The notes beneath the pieces were generated by a model that searched no databases, was not told where the DNA came from, and saw only the letters and a program-made list of their open reading frames with translations. Position numbers and translations under genes: made by a program. From positions 57,484-89,483 of the forward strand of contig NZ_VWWL01000005.1 in assembly GCF_011752995.1 (NCBI RefSeq): a stretch of DNA of 32,000 nt, read 5' to 3'. Source of the DNA: Burkholderia sp. Ax-1724 (GTDB taxonomy: Bacteria > Pseudomonadota > Gammaproteobacteria > Burkholderiales > Burkholderiaceae). Each line of letters opens with the position of its first letter. Positions within the stretch are counted from its first letter, which is position 1. Positions 16,692 through 24,787 of the stretch are shown here, piece by piece.

Positions 16692-17489
16692 TCACGCCGC
16701 CGCATAGCCCAGATGCGTCGCCGCCGTGCCCGCCAGTGCGAGCAGTTTGTCGTCGTCGGCGGGTTCGTCGGGGACCACGTACAGATCGGCGATATCGGTC
16801 ACCGGATCGCTGAATGGCGTCGGACAACGGTGCTGCGAGACGAGAAAGTCGCTGATCGGCGACGCATCGGCCACGTCGAGAAACGTGCCGATGCTTGCCG
16901 CCGTCGTGCGCGGGTCTTCGATCACCCGGCGATACGACACGTTGAGCGCGCGGTCCGCGGGAATCTCGGCGAAGAAGCCGATGATCTCGTTCACGTATTG
17001 CTCCCAGACGCGGATGCCGTCTTCGATCGAGCCGATCCAGTGCTTGCGCAGCAGCGAATTGGCGACGTGGCGCGGATCGCGGTGAATATGAATGAAGCGC
17101 GCCTGCGGCAGCAATTCGCGTATCAAGCGCAGACACGACCCCGAACGCGGCAGACGTTCGATCGAACCGGCGTGTCCCGACAGCACGGTCGGGTCGGCAT
17201 AGGACGGATGCTTGTCGCCCCAGATCGGTGCAGTCATGCCGAGTTCTTCGCGATAGAAACGCTCGACCCACGGCCCCAGCGTGCGACGGCAGAAATGGCG
17301 AAAGTGCTCGCGCTGGGCCACGCCGAGCAGATCGGGCCGAGTGCCGCCCGCTTCGAGCGTGTTCTTGAGCAACGCGAAAATCCGGCATTCGTTGGTCAAT
17401 TGAATGAGCGGATGAACGTTGAGGACGGAGCAGAGAAAGGTCGTGCCGGATCGCGGCGAACCGACGATGAAAAGCGGGGAAGAGTCCAT
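16692..17489 (-). CDS. Sulfotransferase-family protein (PAPS-dependent)
   Basis: 265 aa. 5'-PSB loop IVGSPRSGTTFL and 3'-PB motif IHIHRDPRHVANS are the two PAPS-binding signatures. Confidence 0.75.
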   Translation of the reverse strand: MDSSPLFIVGSPRSGTTFLCSVLNVHPLIQLTNECRIFALLKNTLEAGGTRPDLLGVAQREHFRHFCRRTLGPWVERFYREELGMTAPIWGDKHPSYADPTVLSGHAGSIERLPRSGSCLRLIRELLPQARFIHIHRDPRHVANSLLRKHWIGSIEDGIRVWEQYVNEIIGFFAEIPADRALNVSYRRVIEDPRTTAASIGTFLDVADASPISDFLVSQHRCPTPFSDPVTDIADLYVVPDEPADDDKLLALAGTAATHLGYAAA

Positions 17490-17733
17490 ATGTCATCCTG
17501 AGCATTCATCGTTCACAGCATACGCACGACAGATGGCGAGAACCTGACGCGGGCGTGACCGTTCTGAGCGGCTGCGCGTGCCGTTGTATGTATCTGCTGC
17601 GAGCAAGCGGCATACCATCGCGCCGTTCGCCGCGCACAAGGCGGCACGGGCAAATTTCCGGTTGCCCCCGGCTGCGCCTTGGACTACAAATTTAAGGTTA
17701 TGCCCCCGCTTAACGGAGAAGGAGAGTGCCGCC

Positions 17734-19140
17734 ATGGGAATGCGCCCCGATCCCACTTTTCATGCCTCGCCGAAACTCGCGATGGACGCGCCAGCGGAGG
17801 AATACGCCTACACGGCGTTGCTGAGTCCCGATTTTTCGCAGCCCGATGCGCTTGCCGTGATCGACGTGAAGCCCGGTTCGCCGACGTATAGCCAGGTCGT
17901 TCATACGGTGCAGGTGCCGTACAAGGGCGACGAGTTTCATCATTTCGGCTGGAACGCGTGTTCGTCCGCGCTTTCGCCGTTGACCGGCCATGCGTTTCTC
18001 GAACGGCGCTATCTGATCGTGCCGGGCATGCGTTCTTCGCGCATCTATATCGTCGATACGAAGCCGCATCCGACCCAGGCGAAGATCCACAAGATCATCG
18101 AGCCCGAGGAAATCTTCCGCAAGACCGGCTATTCGCGTCCGCACACCGTGCATTGCGGACCGGAAGGCATTTACGTCAGCACGCTCGGTGGCGCGGGCAA
18201 GGACGGCACCGAAGGGCCGCCGGGGATTTTTATCATCGACTGTCAGACGTTCGAGGTGCTCGGCCGCTGGGAGATCGAACGCGGCGCGCAGGAAAAGCAC
18301 TACGATTTCTGGTGGAATCTGCCGCGCGACTATATGGTGTCGAGCGAATGGGCACTGCCGCCGCAATTCGAAAACGGTATCGTGCCGGAAGATCTGCTCG
18401 CGAATAAGTACGGACACCGCGTGCACTTCTGGGATCTGCGCGCGCGGCGCAACGTGCAGACACTCGATCTCGGCGCGCATCATCAGATGGCGCTCGAAGT
18501 GCGGCCCGCGCACGATCCGAGCCGCGAGTACGGCTTTGTCGGCGTCGTGGTCGATACGACCAATCTCGAAGGTTCGATCTGGACGTGGTGGCGCGAAGGC
18601 GGGACATTCCACATCGAGAAGACCGCGACGATTCCGCCCGAACCCGCGCCCGCCGACGAATTGCCGCCGCTGCTGCGAGGCTTCGGCGCGGTGCCGCCGC
18701 TCGTCACCGACATCGATCTGTCCATCGACGACAAATTCCTCTACGTTGCCTGCTGGGGAACCGGCGAGATGCGCCAATACGACGTGAGCGAACCGCGCAA
18801 GACGAAGCTGACGGGCTCGGTGCGTATCGGCGGAATCGAGCGGCGCACACCGCATCCGAACGGCAAAACTTTCTCGGGCGGACCGCAAATGGTCGAGATC
18901 AGTCGCGACGGCCAACGCGTCTATTGGACCAATTCGCTCTATTCGACGTGGGACGACCAGTTCTATCCCGACGGCGTGCCCGGCGTACAGGTGATGGCGC
19001 ACGCGGCGCCGAACGGCGGCCTCACGCTGTCCGACGACTACTGGGTCACGTTTCCCGACGGCTACCGCGCGCATCAGATCCGGCTCGAAGGCGGCGACTG
19101 TTCGACCGATTCGTTCTGCTACCCGTCGGTGGGCGTTTGA
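17734..19140 (+). CDS. Selenium-binding protein 56 (SBP56) family / methanethiol-oxidase-like protein, no signal peptide
   Basis: Track ORF 17578..19140. Real start is ATG 17734, after GGAGAAGGAGAG. The N-terminal region FHASPKLAMDAPAEEYAYTALL ... AVIDVKPGSPTYSQVVHTVQVPYKGDEFHHFGWNACSS parallels remembered human SELENBP1 (STPLEAMKGPREEIVY ... [38 protein letters not shown]). Confidence 0.85.
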   Translation: MGMRPDPTFHASPKLAMDAPAEEYAYTALLSPDFSQPDALAVIDVKPGSPTYSQVVHTVQVPYKGDEFHHFGWNACSSALSPLTGHAFLERRYLIVPGMRSSRIYIVDTKPHPTQAKIHKIIEPEEIFRKTGYSRPHTVHCGPEGIYVSTLGGAGKDGTEGPPGIFIIDCQTFEVLGRWEIERGAQEKHYDFWWNLPRDYMVSSEWALPPQFENGIVPEDLLANKYGHRVHFWDLRARRNVQTLDLGAHHQMALEVRPAHDPSREYGFVGVVVDTTNLEGSIWTWWREGGTFHIEKTATIPPEPAPADELPPLLRGFGAVPPLVTDIDLSIDDKFLYVACWGTGEMRQYDVSEPRKTKLTGSVRIGGIERRTPHPNGKTFSGGPQMVEISRDGQRVYWTNSLYSTWDDQFYPDGVPGVQVMAHAAPNGGLTLSDDYWVTFPDGYRAHQIRLEGGDCSTDSFCYPSVGV

Positions 19141-19847
19141 GCGGCGTCGTTTCGCCGCAAACCGGCCTGTGGCTGGCCGTCCTCGCGAGTGGTGTGTATC
19201 ACGGGCTCAATCCCGCGATGGGGTGGCCGCTCGCCGTGTCGAATGCGTTAATGGAGCGGCGCATCCAGGCACTGTGGAGCGCGCTCGTCTATCTCGCCGT
19301 GGGGCACGTCCTCGCGATTCTGCTGATGATGCTGCCATTCGCGATGCTGCTCGGCGTGCTCGCGTGGCAGCATGAAATACAGGTTGGCGCGAGTGTGCTC
19401 GTGATCGGCTTCGGCATCGTTTTGCTGATTCGGCGCCGTCATCCGCGCGTGCTCGCGAGAATTCCGCCGTCGCGTCTTGCGCTCTGGTCGTTCGCGGTGG
19501 CGCTCGCGCATGGCGCCGGGCTCATGCTCGTGCCGATCTACCTCGGTCTGTGCCGTGCCGACGATCCCGACGCTGCGCATCGGGCCGCGCGAACGCTGAT
19601 TGCAACGAGTCTACGCATGGCGGTATCGGTCTCCGTCATTCACGCGGCCGCGATGATGATGGCCGGTGGATGGCTTGCATGGCTCGTCTATCGCTACCTC
19701 GGGCTCCGGTTCGTCTCGCGCAGCTGGTTCAATCTCGATGCGCTGTGGGCGTCGAGTCTGATTCTGGTTGGCGCGTTGTCGTTGATCCTGAATGCGGGTA
19801 TGGGTAGCATGCCCGGCGTGTCCGGTATGTCGGGCATCGGCGGCTGA
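19137..19847 (+). CDS. Polytopic (about 6 TM) membrane protein with conserved-looking intramembrane His residues; function unknown
   Basis: In-frame TTG 19137-19139 overlaps the SBP56 TGA 19138-19140 (TTGA). Later GTG/ATG starts are possible. Hydrophobic segments carry YHGLNP, AVGH, ALAHGAG and VIHAAA. No family recognised. Confidence 0.55.
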   Translation: MSGVVSPQTGLWLAVLASGVYHGLNPAMGWPLAVSNALMERRIQALWSALVYLAVGHVLAILLMMLPFAMLLGVLAWQHEIQVGASVLVIGFGIVLLIRRRHPRVLARIPPSRLALWSFAVALAHGAGLMLVPIYLGLCRADDPDAAHRAARTLIATSLRMAVSVSVIHAAAMMMAGGWLAWLVYRYLGLRFVSRSWFNLDALWASSLILVGALSLILNAGMGSMPGVSGMSGIGG

Positions 19848-19858
19848 ATAGATTCGGG

Positions 19859-21103
19859 CTACAGATCGAAGCCCATCTGTTCGCGGCCCATCAGCGTCAG
19901 GTCAGCCGCCGTTGCACGTCCGACGAAATCGGCTTCGAAATGGTCGGCCGGAAAGTCGGGCGGGCTCGTGCCGTCACAAAAGCTCGCCAGTTGCCGCTTC
20001 AGATAGGCATCGTTCTTCGCGCACGACGGCGCCGACGCGATGTACATCACGTTGCTATAGCCCTTGCCGCGATGCGCGTCCTCGACCGCGTGAATCACGT
20101 CGCTGTGCCAGAAGACCGTGTCGCCGGCCTGCATCAGCGGAATCGACGAAAGGGCCTGAAATAGCGGCGCGTGGTACTCAGGTTTGATCGACAGCGCGCG
20201 GCCCGGCATCGCGCCGCAGAGGTCGTCGTCGGCGACGTCGTCCTGCAACGCGCGCAGCAGGATATAAGCCATCGCGTTCGCGATCGGTACGAGCTGAAGC
20301 GTGCCGTCGCCGGGACCTTGCGGCGTGAGCGCGGTCCAACTCTGGAAGGTGCGGAACATCGAGCATACCGCGGGCGACGGAATTTCCTCGACCTCGGTTC
20401 GCCAGGCGGCATCGAACGGATCGTAGGCGCGCCAGTTGCCCGAGAACACATGTCGATACACCTCGCGGAAATTTGCTTCGATCCAGCGCTCGACCGAGCC
20501 GCCGTCGCAATGCGCGGACAGTCCCAGCGATGCCGAGCCGGGCGGCCGGCGGCGCAGACGGTCCGCGTAAACGGGCACGCGCTCAGGGTCGAAATGCACG
20601 CGGCCTTCGCTTTCGCTGCGCCATAGGCGGTTCAGAAACACGCGCGCCTGCGTGAGCGCGGGAGACTGCCGCGCGAGTACCTGCGGCTTCGACCAGTACA
20701 CGCCGTAAATCTGCGGCTTGCTCGACGCGAGTTGGCCGAAGTACTTGTCTTCCGCGCGGTTGAGCAGCTTCGCATCGAGGTTGTTGCTCTCGACGTAGTG
20801 AGCGATATCTCGATCCCATTGCTCGACGAGTTCGCGCTCGAACACCTGGCGAATCACGCACGCGCCGCGCGCTTTGACGAGTGAGATCTGGTCGGCGCTC
20901 ACGCGATTCGCCGCGATGTCCGCGAAGCGGATCTCGGGAATCACGGCTTCGCCGCGTTCGCGCAGCGCCGCGATCTGTTGCGCTTCGCGGGTCATCGCCG
21001 CTTCGACTTCGGCGAATACCTCGCGGTAATTGGGCAGCCTGTCGCGCAGTTCCCGTTTGGCTTTTCCGATGGCTGCCGGCAGGTCGTCAATCTGTAATGC
21101 CAT
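19859..21103 (-). CDS. DUF1479 (YbiU-like) family protein, probable non-haem-iron/cupin-fold enzyme
   Basis: 414 aa of ordinary protein composition. Length and the N-terminal pattern (VIPEIRFADI ... VKARGACVIRQVF) fit my recollection of DUF1479. This is a recollection, not a search result. Confidence 0.55.
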   Translation of the reverse strand: MALQIDDLPAAIGKAKRELRDRLPNYREVFAEVEAAMTREAQQIAALRERGEAVIPEIRFADIAANRVSADQISLVKARGACVIRQVFERELVEQWDRDIAHYVESNNLDAKLLNRAEDKYFGQLASSKPQIYGVYWSKPQVLARQSPALTQARVFLNRLWRSESEGRVHFDPERVPVYADRLRRRPPGSASLGLSAHCDGGSVERWIEANFREVYRHVFSGNWRAYDPFDAAWRTEVEEIPSPAVCSMFRTFQSWTALTPQGPGDGTLQLVPIANAMAYILLRALQDDVADDDLCGAMPGRALSIKPEYHAPLFQALSSIPLMQAGDTVFWHSDVIHAVEDAHRGKGYSNVMYIASAPSCAKNDAYLKRQLASFCDGTSPPDFPADHFEADFVGRATAADLTLMGREQMGFDL

Positions 21104-21205
21104 GGCGTCGTCTCCGTTATCGATGGTGATGGCGATGTCGAAAGCGTACTGCGGCGCAGCTCATGCCAGTGATATGATCGGGCCAATCTTTTTGCGAATC
21201 CGGTC

Positions 21206-22162
21206 ATGAAGGCAGCCTACGAGCGCGTCGATTTCGGTGCGAGCTGTTCGGTGCGGGTGTACCACCGGCGTCTGCCGCGAATCCCGTTCGAATGGCACCA
21301 TCACCCGGAATACGAATTGACGCTGACGATGAACAGTCGCGGCAAACGGTTCATCGGCGATTCGGTGGCCGTGTACGGCGACGACGATCTCGTGCTCGTG
21401 CCGCCGAATCTGCCGCATACGTGGGCGTCGAATCGTTCGATCGATGCAGCGGCGCCGCAGGTCGCAATCGTGATCTGGTTCGACGGCGCCTGGGTACGCC
21501 GTCTCGCCGACGTCTGTCCCGAGTACAACGGTTTATGCAATCTGCTGCGGCGCGCGGCCTGCGGGCTCGCTTTTGAAAACGGCGCGGGAACGCGTTTGCG
21601 CGGCGAACTCGAGCGGCTGCTGTCGGCCGATCCGCGCGAACGTCTGAAGGCCGTGCTCGACGTGCTGGACTGGCTCGCGCAAACGCCGGGGGCGCCGCTC
21701 GCGTCGCCGGGTGCATTCGATGCGCATACGGGGGCGCCGTCCGGTTATCAGCCCGATCAGCTCAATCGCGTGCTGGCGCTGATCGACACGCAGTTCGCGC
21801 ATCCGTTGCGGCTGGCGACGCTGGCAAAAGCATCGGGTCTCTCGGAGCGTTCGCTGACGCGCCACTTCACACAGCATCTCGGCGAGAGCGTGGGGCGCTA
21901 TATCGCGCGCGTGCGGATCGGTCATGCATGTCGGCTGCTGACCGGCACGGGCTTGCCGGTCTCGGTGATCGCGACACGCTCGGGATTTGCGAACGTCGCC
22001 AATTTCAACCGACAGTTCAAGACAGCGAAGGCACTGACACCGGCCGCATACCGGCAGCAATTCACGGGAACACGGCAGGCGGAAGACGAAACCGTGCCGC
22101 CGCTGACTGAGCGTTCGCCTTCGTTGAGTACAGGGCGACGGGCGGCAAGGCGTGGCCGATAG
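21206..22162 (+). CDS. AraC-family transcriptional regulator (cupin-type N-domain plus HTH)
   Basis: N-terminal cupin-like region (FEWHHHPEYELTL ... LVLVPPNLPHTW). C-terminal AraC HTH pair (LATLAKASGLSERSLTRHFTQHLG ... VIATRSGFANVANFNRQFK). Divergent from the DUF1479 gene across 102 bp. Confidence 0.88.
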   Translation: MKAAYERVDFGASCSVRVYHRRLPRIPFEWHHHPEYELTLTMNSRGKRFIGDSVAVYGDDDLVLVPPNLPHTWASNRSIDAAAPQVAIVIWFDGAWVRRLADVCPEYNGLCNLLRRAACGLAFENGAGTRLRGELERLLSADPRERLKAVLDVLDWLAQTPGAPLASPGAFDAHTGAPSGYQPDQLNRVLALIDTQFAHPLRLATLAKASGLSERSLTRHFTQHLGESVGRYIARVRIGHACRLLTGTGLPVSVIATRSGFANVANFNRQFKTAKALTPAAYRQQFTGTRQAEDETVPPLTERSPSLSTGRRAARRGR

Positions 22163-22266
22163 CCGGCGCCATGAATGGGCGAGTACCTGCCTTGCCTCAT
22201 GCCGCGAGCTTGCCGCCCGCGTTCGTTTCAGGTAAATGATGCAAACCCGCATTGGCCATTACTGGC

Positions 22267-23043
22267 ATGCCTCACCATCCCGTTCGAATGGATTCGACGA
22301 CCGCCACTGCTGCACCGAATTTCGACGTTCACCTGCTCGACGTGCCACGTGCGCGCGCAGCCGGTATCGAAGTCTTCTGTCTTACGTTCGACTTTGACGC
22401 GACGCTCGACCACCCCTGTTTCGCCGTGCTTTCCGCCGACGAGCGCGCGAAAGCCGCGCGTTTCCAGCGCCACGAAGATACGCTGCGCCATGCGGCGACA
22501 CGCGTCGTATTGCGCCGCCTGCTCGCCGAAAGAACCGGTGTGGCGGCTGCTGAATTGCGTTTCGAGCGGGATGCCGCGGGCCGGCCGCGACTCGTGCCGG
22601 CTCAGGAGCCGCAGCCCGACTTCAACGTATCGCATTCAGGCCGGCATGCCTTGATCGCGATTGCCGCGCGGGGCAGGGTTGGTGTCGACATCGAGGTCGC
22701 GCGCACGGACATGAACTGGCAGGCGCTGGTGCCCGCGGTATTCGCGCCCGGCGACGAGGCGTGCGTGGCGGCGTTGCCGGTGGAGCAGCGGGGCGATGCG
22801 TTCTTCAGCGTCTGGACCGCGAAGGAAGCGTTGTTGAAAGCGCTTGGCGTCGGCATCGGCGATGGCATGACGTGGTTTTCGGTGCTCGGCGAAGCACAGC
22901 ATGAGCCGCGTGTCGAGGTCAGCGATGCGAGCGCGCGTAGGGCAAGCCTGATTACCGGGCTCGATGCGGTTTGGCTTGCCGTGTCGCCAGGTTATTGCGG
23001 CTGTATCGCATGGTCGCGCGATGCCGCTGTACGTTCCGGGTGA
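22267..23043 (+). CDS. 4'-phosphopantetheinyl transferase, Sfp/EntD type
   Basis: LSADERAKAARF, GRPRL, FNVSHSGRHALIAIA, GVDIE and FSVWTAKEALLKALGVG are the canonical Sfp-type motifs. The start is ambiguous: TTG 22252, ATG 22267 or ATG 22288. Confidence 0.8.
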   Translation: MPHHPVRMDSTTATAAPNFDVHLLDVPRARAAGIEVFCLTFDFDATLDHPCFAVLSADERAKAARFQRHEDTLRHAATRVVLRRLLAERTGVAAAELRFERDAAGRPRLVPAQEPQPDFNVSHSGRHALIAIAARGRVGVDIEVARTDMNWQALVPAVFAPGDEACVAALPVEQRGDAFFSVWTAKEALLKALGVGIGDGMTWFSVLGEAQHEPRVEVSDASARRASLITGLDAVWLAVSPGYCGCIAWSRDAAVRSG

Positions 23044-23111
23044 ACGCTCTGTGTGAGTACTCGGGGTAAGCGCGACGCGCATTGCATGAATAGCAACAGC
23101 ACACTCGCGCG

Positions 23112-23582
23112 TTACGGCGCCAGCTCTTTACCGTCGCGCTGTGCATTGGCCGTGCTGAACAACTGCTTCAGCCTCGCGTTGACGGCAATCAGTTCCTGCA
23201 CGGGCGCGGCCGCGAGTTGCTGATCGAAGAGCGTGAGCACCTGGCCGAGCAGGGCATAGGCATCGCTATCGACGGCACAGACGCCTGTTTCGAGTCCCGC
23301 CTGACGGCAACGCAAAATGACGCTTTCGGCGTCGCGAAACAGATCGGGCATCGCGGCGCCATAGCCGCGTTGATTGAGCAGCATCGTCATATAGATGGCT
23401 TGCGCCATGCTGCCGACGTGATACTGATTGCCGACGCCGCTGCGCAATGCTTCGAGCGTCATGTGATAGTCGAGCGAGATTTCGCCCGCTTTGGCCGGCA
23501 CGATCGGTTGCAGCATCGCCTTCGAGCGCGACGGGGCCGATTTCGCGTGTGCTTCGTGAGGAGGGCTGGCTTTTCTGGCCAT
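23112..23582 (-). CDS. Hypothetical protein (156 aa)
   Basis: Ordinary protein composition and same strand as phaB (112-nt gap). An alternative start is the Met at MLQPIV (23516). No family recognised with confidence. Confidence 0.5.
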   Translation of the reverse strand: MARKASPPHEAHAKSAPSRSKAMLQPIVPAKAGEISLDYHMTLEALRSGVGNQYHVGSMAQAIYMTMLLNQRGYGAAMPDLFRDAESVILRCRQAGLETGVCAVDSDAYALLGQVLTLFDQQLAAAPVQELIAVNARLKQLFSTANAQRDGKELAP

Positions 23583-23694
23583 AAGCTCACTGACGCGGCC
23601 GGCTCGCGCCGGGCCGCGACATCATCTGGAACCTGATGAAGTGTCCATTGAAGCGGGACACGCTCACGCCGCGTGAAATGCGCTGCCGTTTCCG

Positions 23695-24435
23695 TTAGCT
23701 CATATGCAGACCGCCGTTCAGCGAGAAGTCGGCACCCGTCGCGAAGCCCGCGCTTTCCGAGGCGATCCACGCGACGATCGAGGCGATTTCTTCCGGTTCG
23801 CCGAGGCGCTTGACCGGAATGCTCTCGACGATCTTCGCGAGTACTTCGGGCTTGACCGCGCGCACCATGTCCGTGCCGATATAGCCGGGCGATACGGTGT
23901 TGACCGTCACGCCCTTGGTTGCGACTTCCTGCGCCAATGCCATCGAGAAGCCGTGAATGCCGGCTTTCGCGGTGGAATAGTTGGTTTGCCCGAACTGGCC
24001 TTTCTGGCCGTTGACCGACGAGATGTTGATGATGCGGCCCCAGCCTCGCTCGACCATGCTGTCGATGACCTGCTTGGTCACGTTGAACAGGCTCGTGAGA
24101 TTGGTGTCGATCACCGTGTTCCAGTCTTCATGCGTCATCTTGCGGAATACGCCGTCGCGCGTAATACCCGCGTTATTGACGAGCACGTCGACTTCGCCGA
24201 CTTCCTTCTTGACCTTTTCGAACGCTTTCGCGGTGGATTCCCAATCGGCGACGTTACCTTCCGATGCGACGAAGTTATAACCTAGCGCTTTCTGTTCTTC
24301 GAGCCATCGGGTCTTGCGTGCCGAATTCGGGCCGCAGCCCGCGATGACCGTGTAATTTTCCTTGTGCAGGCGCTGGCAGATTGCGGTACCGATACCGCCC
24401 ATGCCGCCGGTTACGTAGGCAATACGATTTGCCAT
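23695..24435 (-). CDS. phaB: Acetoacetyl-CoA reductase (SDR family)
   Basis: MANRIAYVTGGMGGIGTAICQRL ... GCGPNS ... ASEGNVADW ... VDVLVNNAGITRD ... NISSVNGQKGQFGQTNYSTAKAG ... ADFSLNGGLHM is near-colinear with remembered Cupriavidus PhbB. Confidence 0.92.
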   Translation of the reverse strand: MANRIAYVTGGMGGIGTAICQRLHKENYTVIAGCGPNSARKTRWLEEQKALGYNFVASEGNVADWESTAKAFEKVKKEVGEVDVLVNNAGITRDGVFRKMTHEDWNTVIDTNLTSLFNVTKQVIDSMVERGWGRIINISSVNGQKGQFGQTNYSTAKAGIHGFSMALAQEVATKGVTVNTVSPGYIGTDMVRAVKPEVLAKIVESIPVKRLGEPEEIASIVAWIASESAGFATGADFSLNGGLHMS

Positions 24436-24577
24436 AAGTCCTCCTTCTTTCTGGGGTGGTGTGCAGCGAGTCGATTCGGAGGATGGGGATATTATTGGCA
24501 GCCGCCCGCAGGCCGGACGATGGGCATTTTTACCTACGGGTTAACTGCCAATCGCACGGCCGGAGCGCGGCTCGATC

Positions 24578-24595
24578 CTGTCATTAATGTGACAT
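24578..24595 (+). promoter_or_regulatory. Pho-box-like site upstream of the Na/Pi cotransporter gene
   Basis: CTGTCAT-TAAT-GTGACAT. The first heptamer matches the E. coli Pho-box half-site CTGTCAT 7 of 7. The spacer is A/T only and the second heptamer matches 5 of 7. The same bases also form an inverted repeat (TGTCA n6 TGACA). The site is 193 nt upstream of ATG 24788. Confidence 0.3.
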
Positions 24596-24787
24596 TGGCG
24601 GTGACACCGGCGGTGCCCTCAGCAGCCTCATCGGCATGGCTTTCAACTGTAATGAAACGGTGTCCGGACCGGGCGCAGGGGGATGCGCATCGCGGCACAA
24701 GGAAATCAGGCGTTGCTTAACTCGCTTTACATGCCAGCGCGCGCGCTGTAATTTCGTGCATCTGCTTCCTCACAAGGGCCTCGCAGG

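Noticed and set aside
16631-16700. Cluster of short direct repeats in the convergent gap and the 3' end of the sulfotransferase gene (ctcacgccgc x2, ctgcct x2, gtctta x2)
   Set aside because: The units are 6-10 bp with only two copies each. They have no spacer regularity and no flanking structure, and one overlaps coding sequence. This is consistent with chance or low complexity, not a CRISPR or REP array.
17710-19074. 454-aa minus-strand ORF
   Set aside because: It is antisense to the SBP56 gene, which has strong family similarity. Its composition is Arg-rich and off-frame-like.
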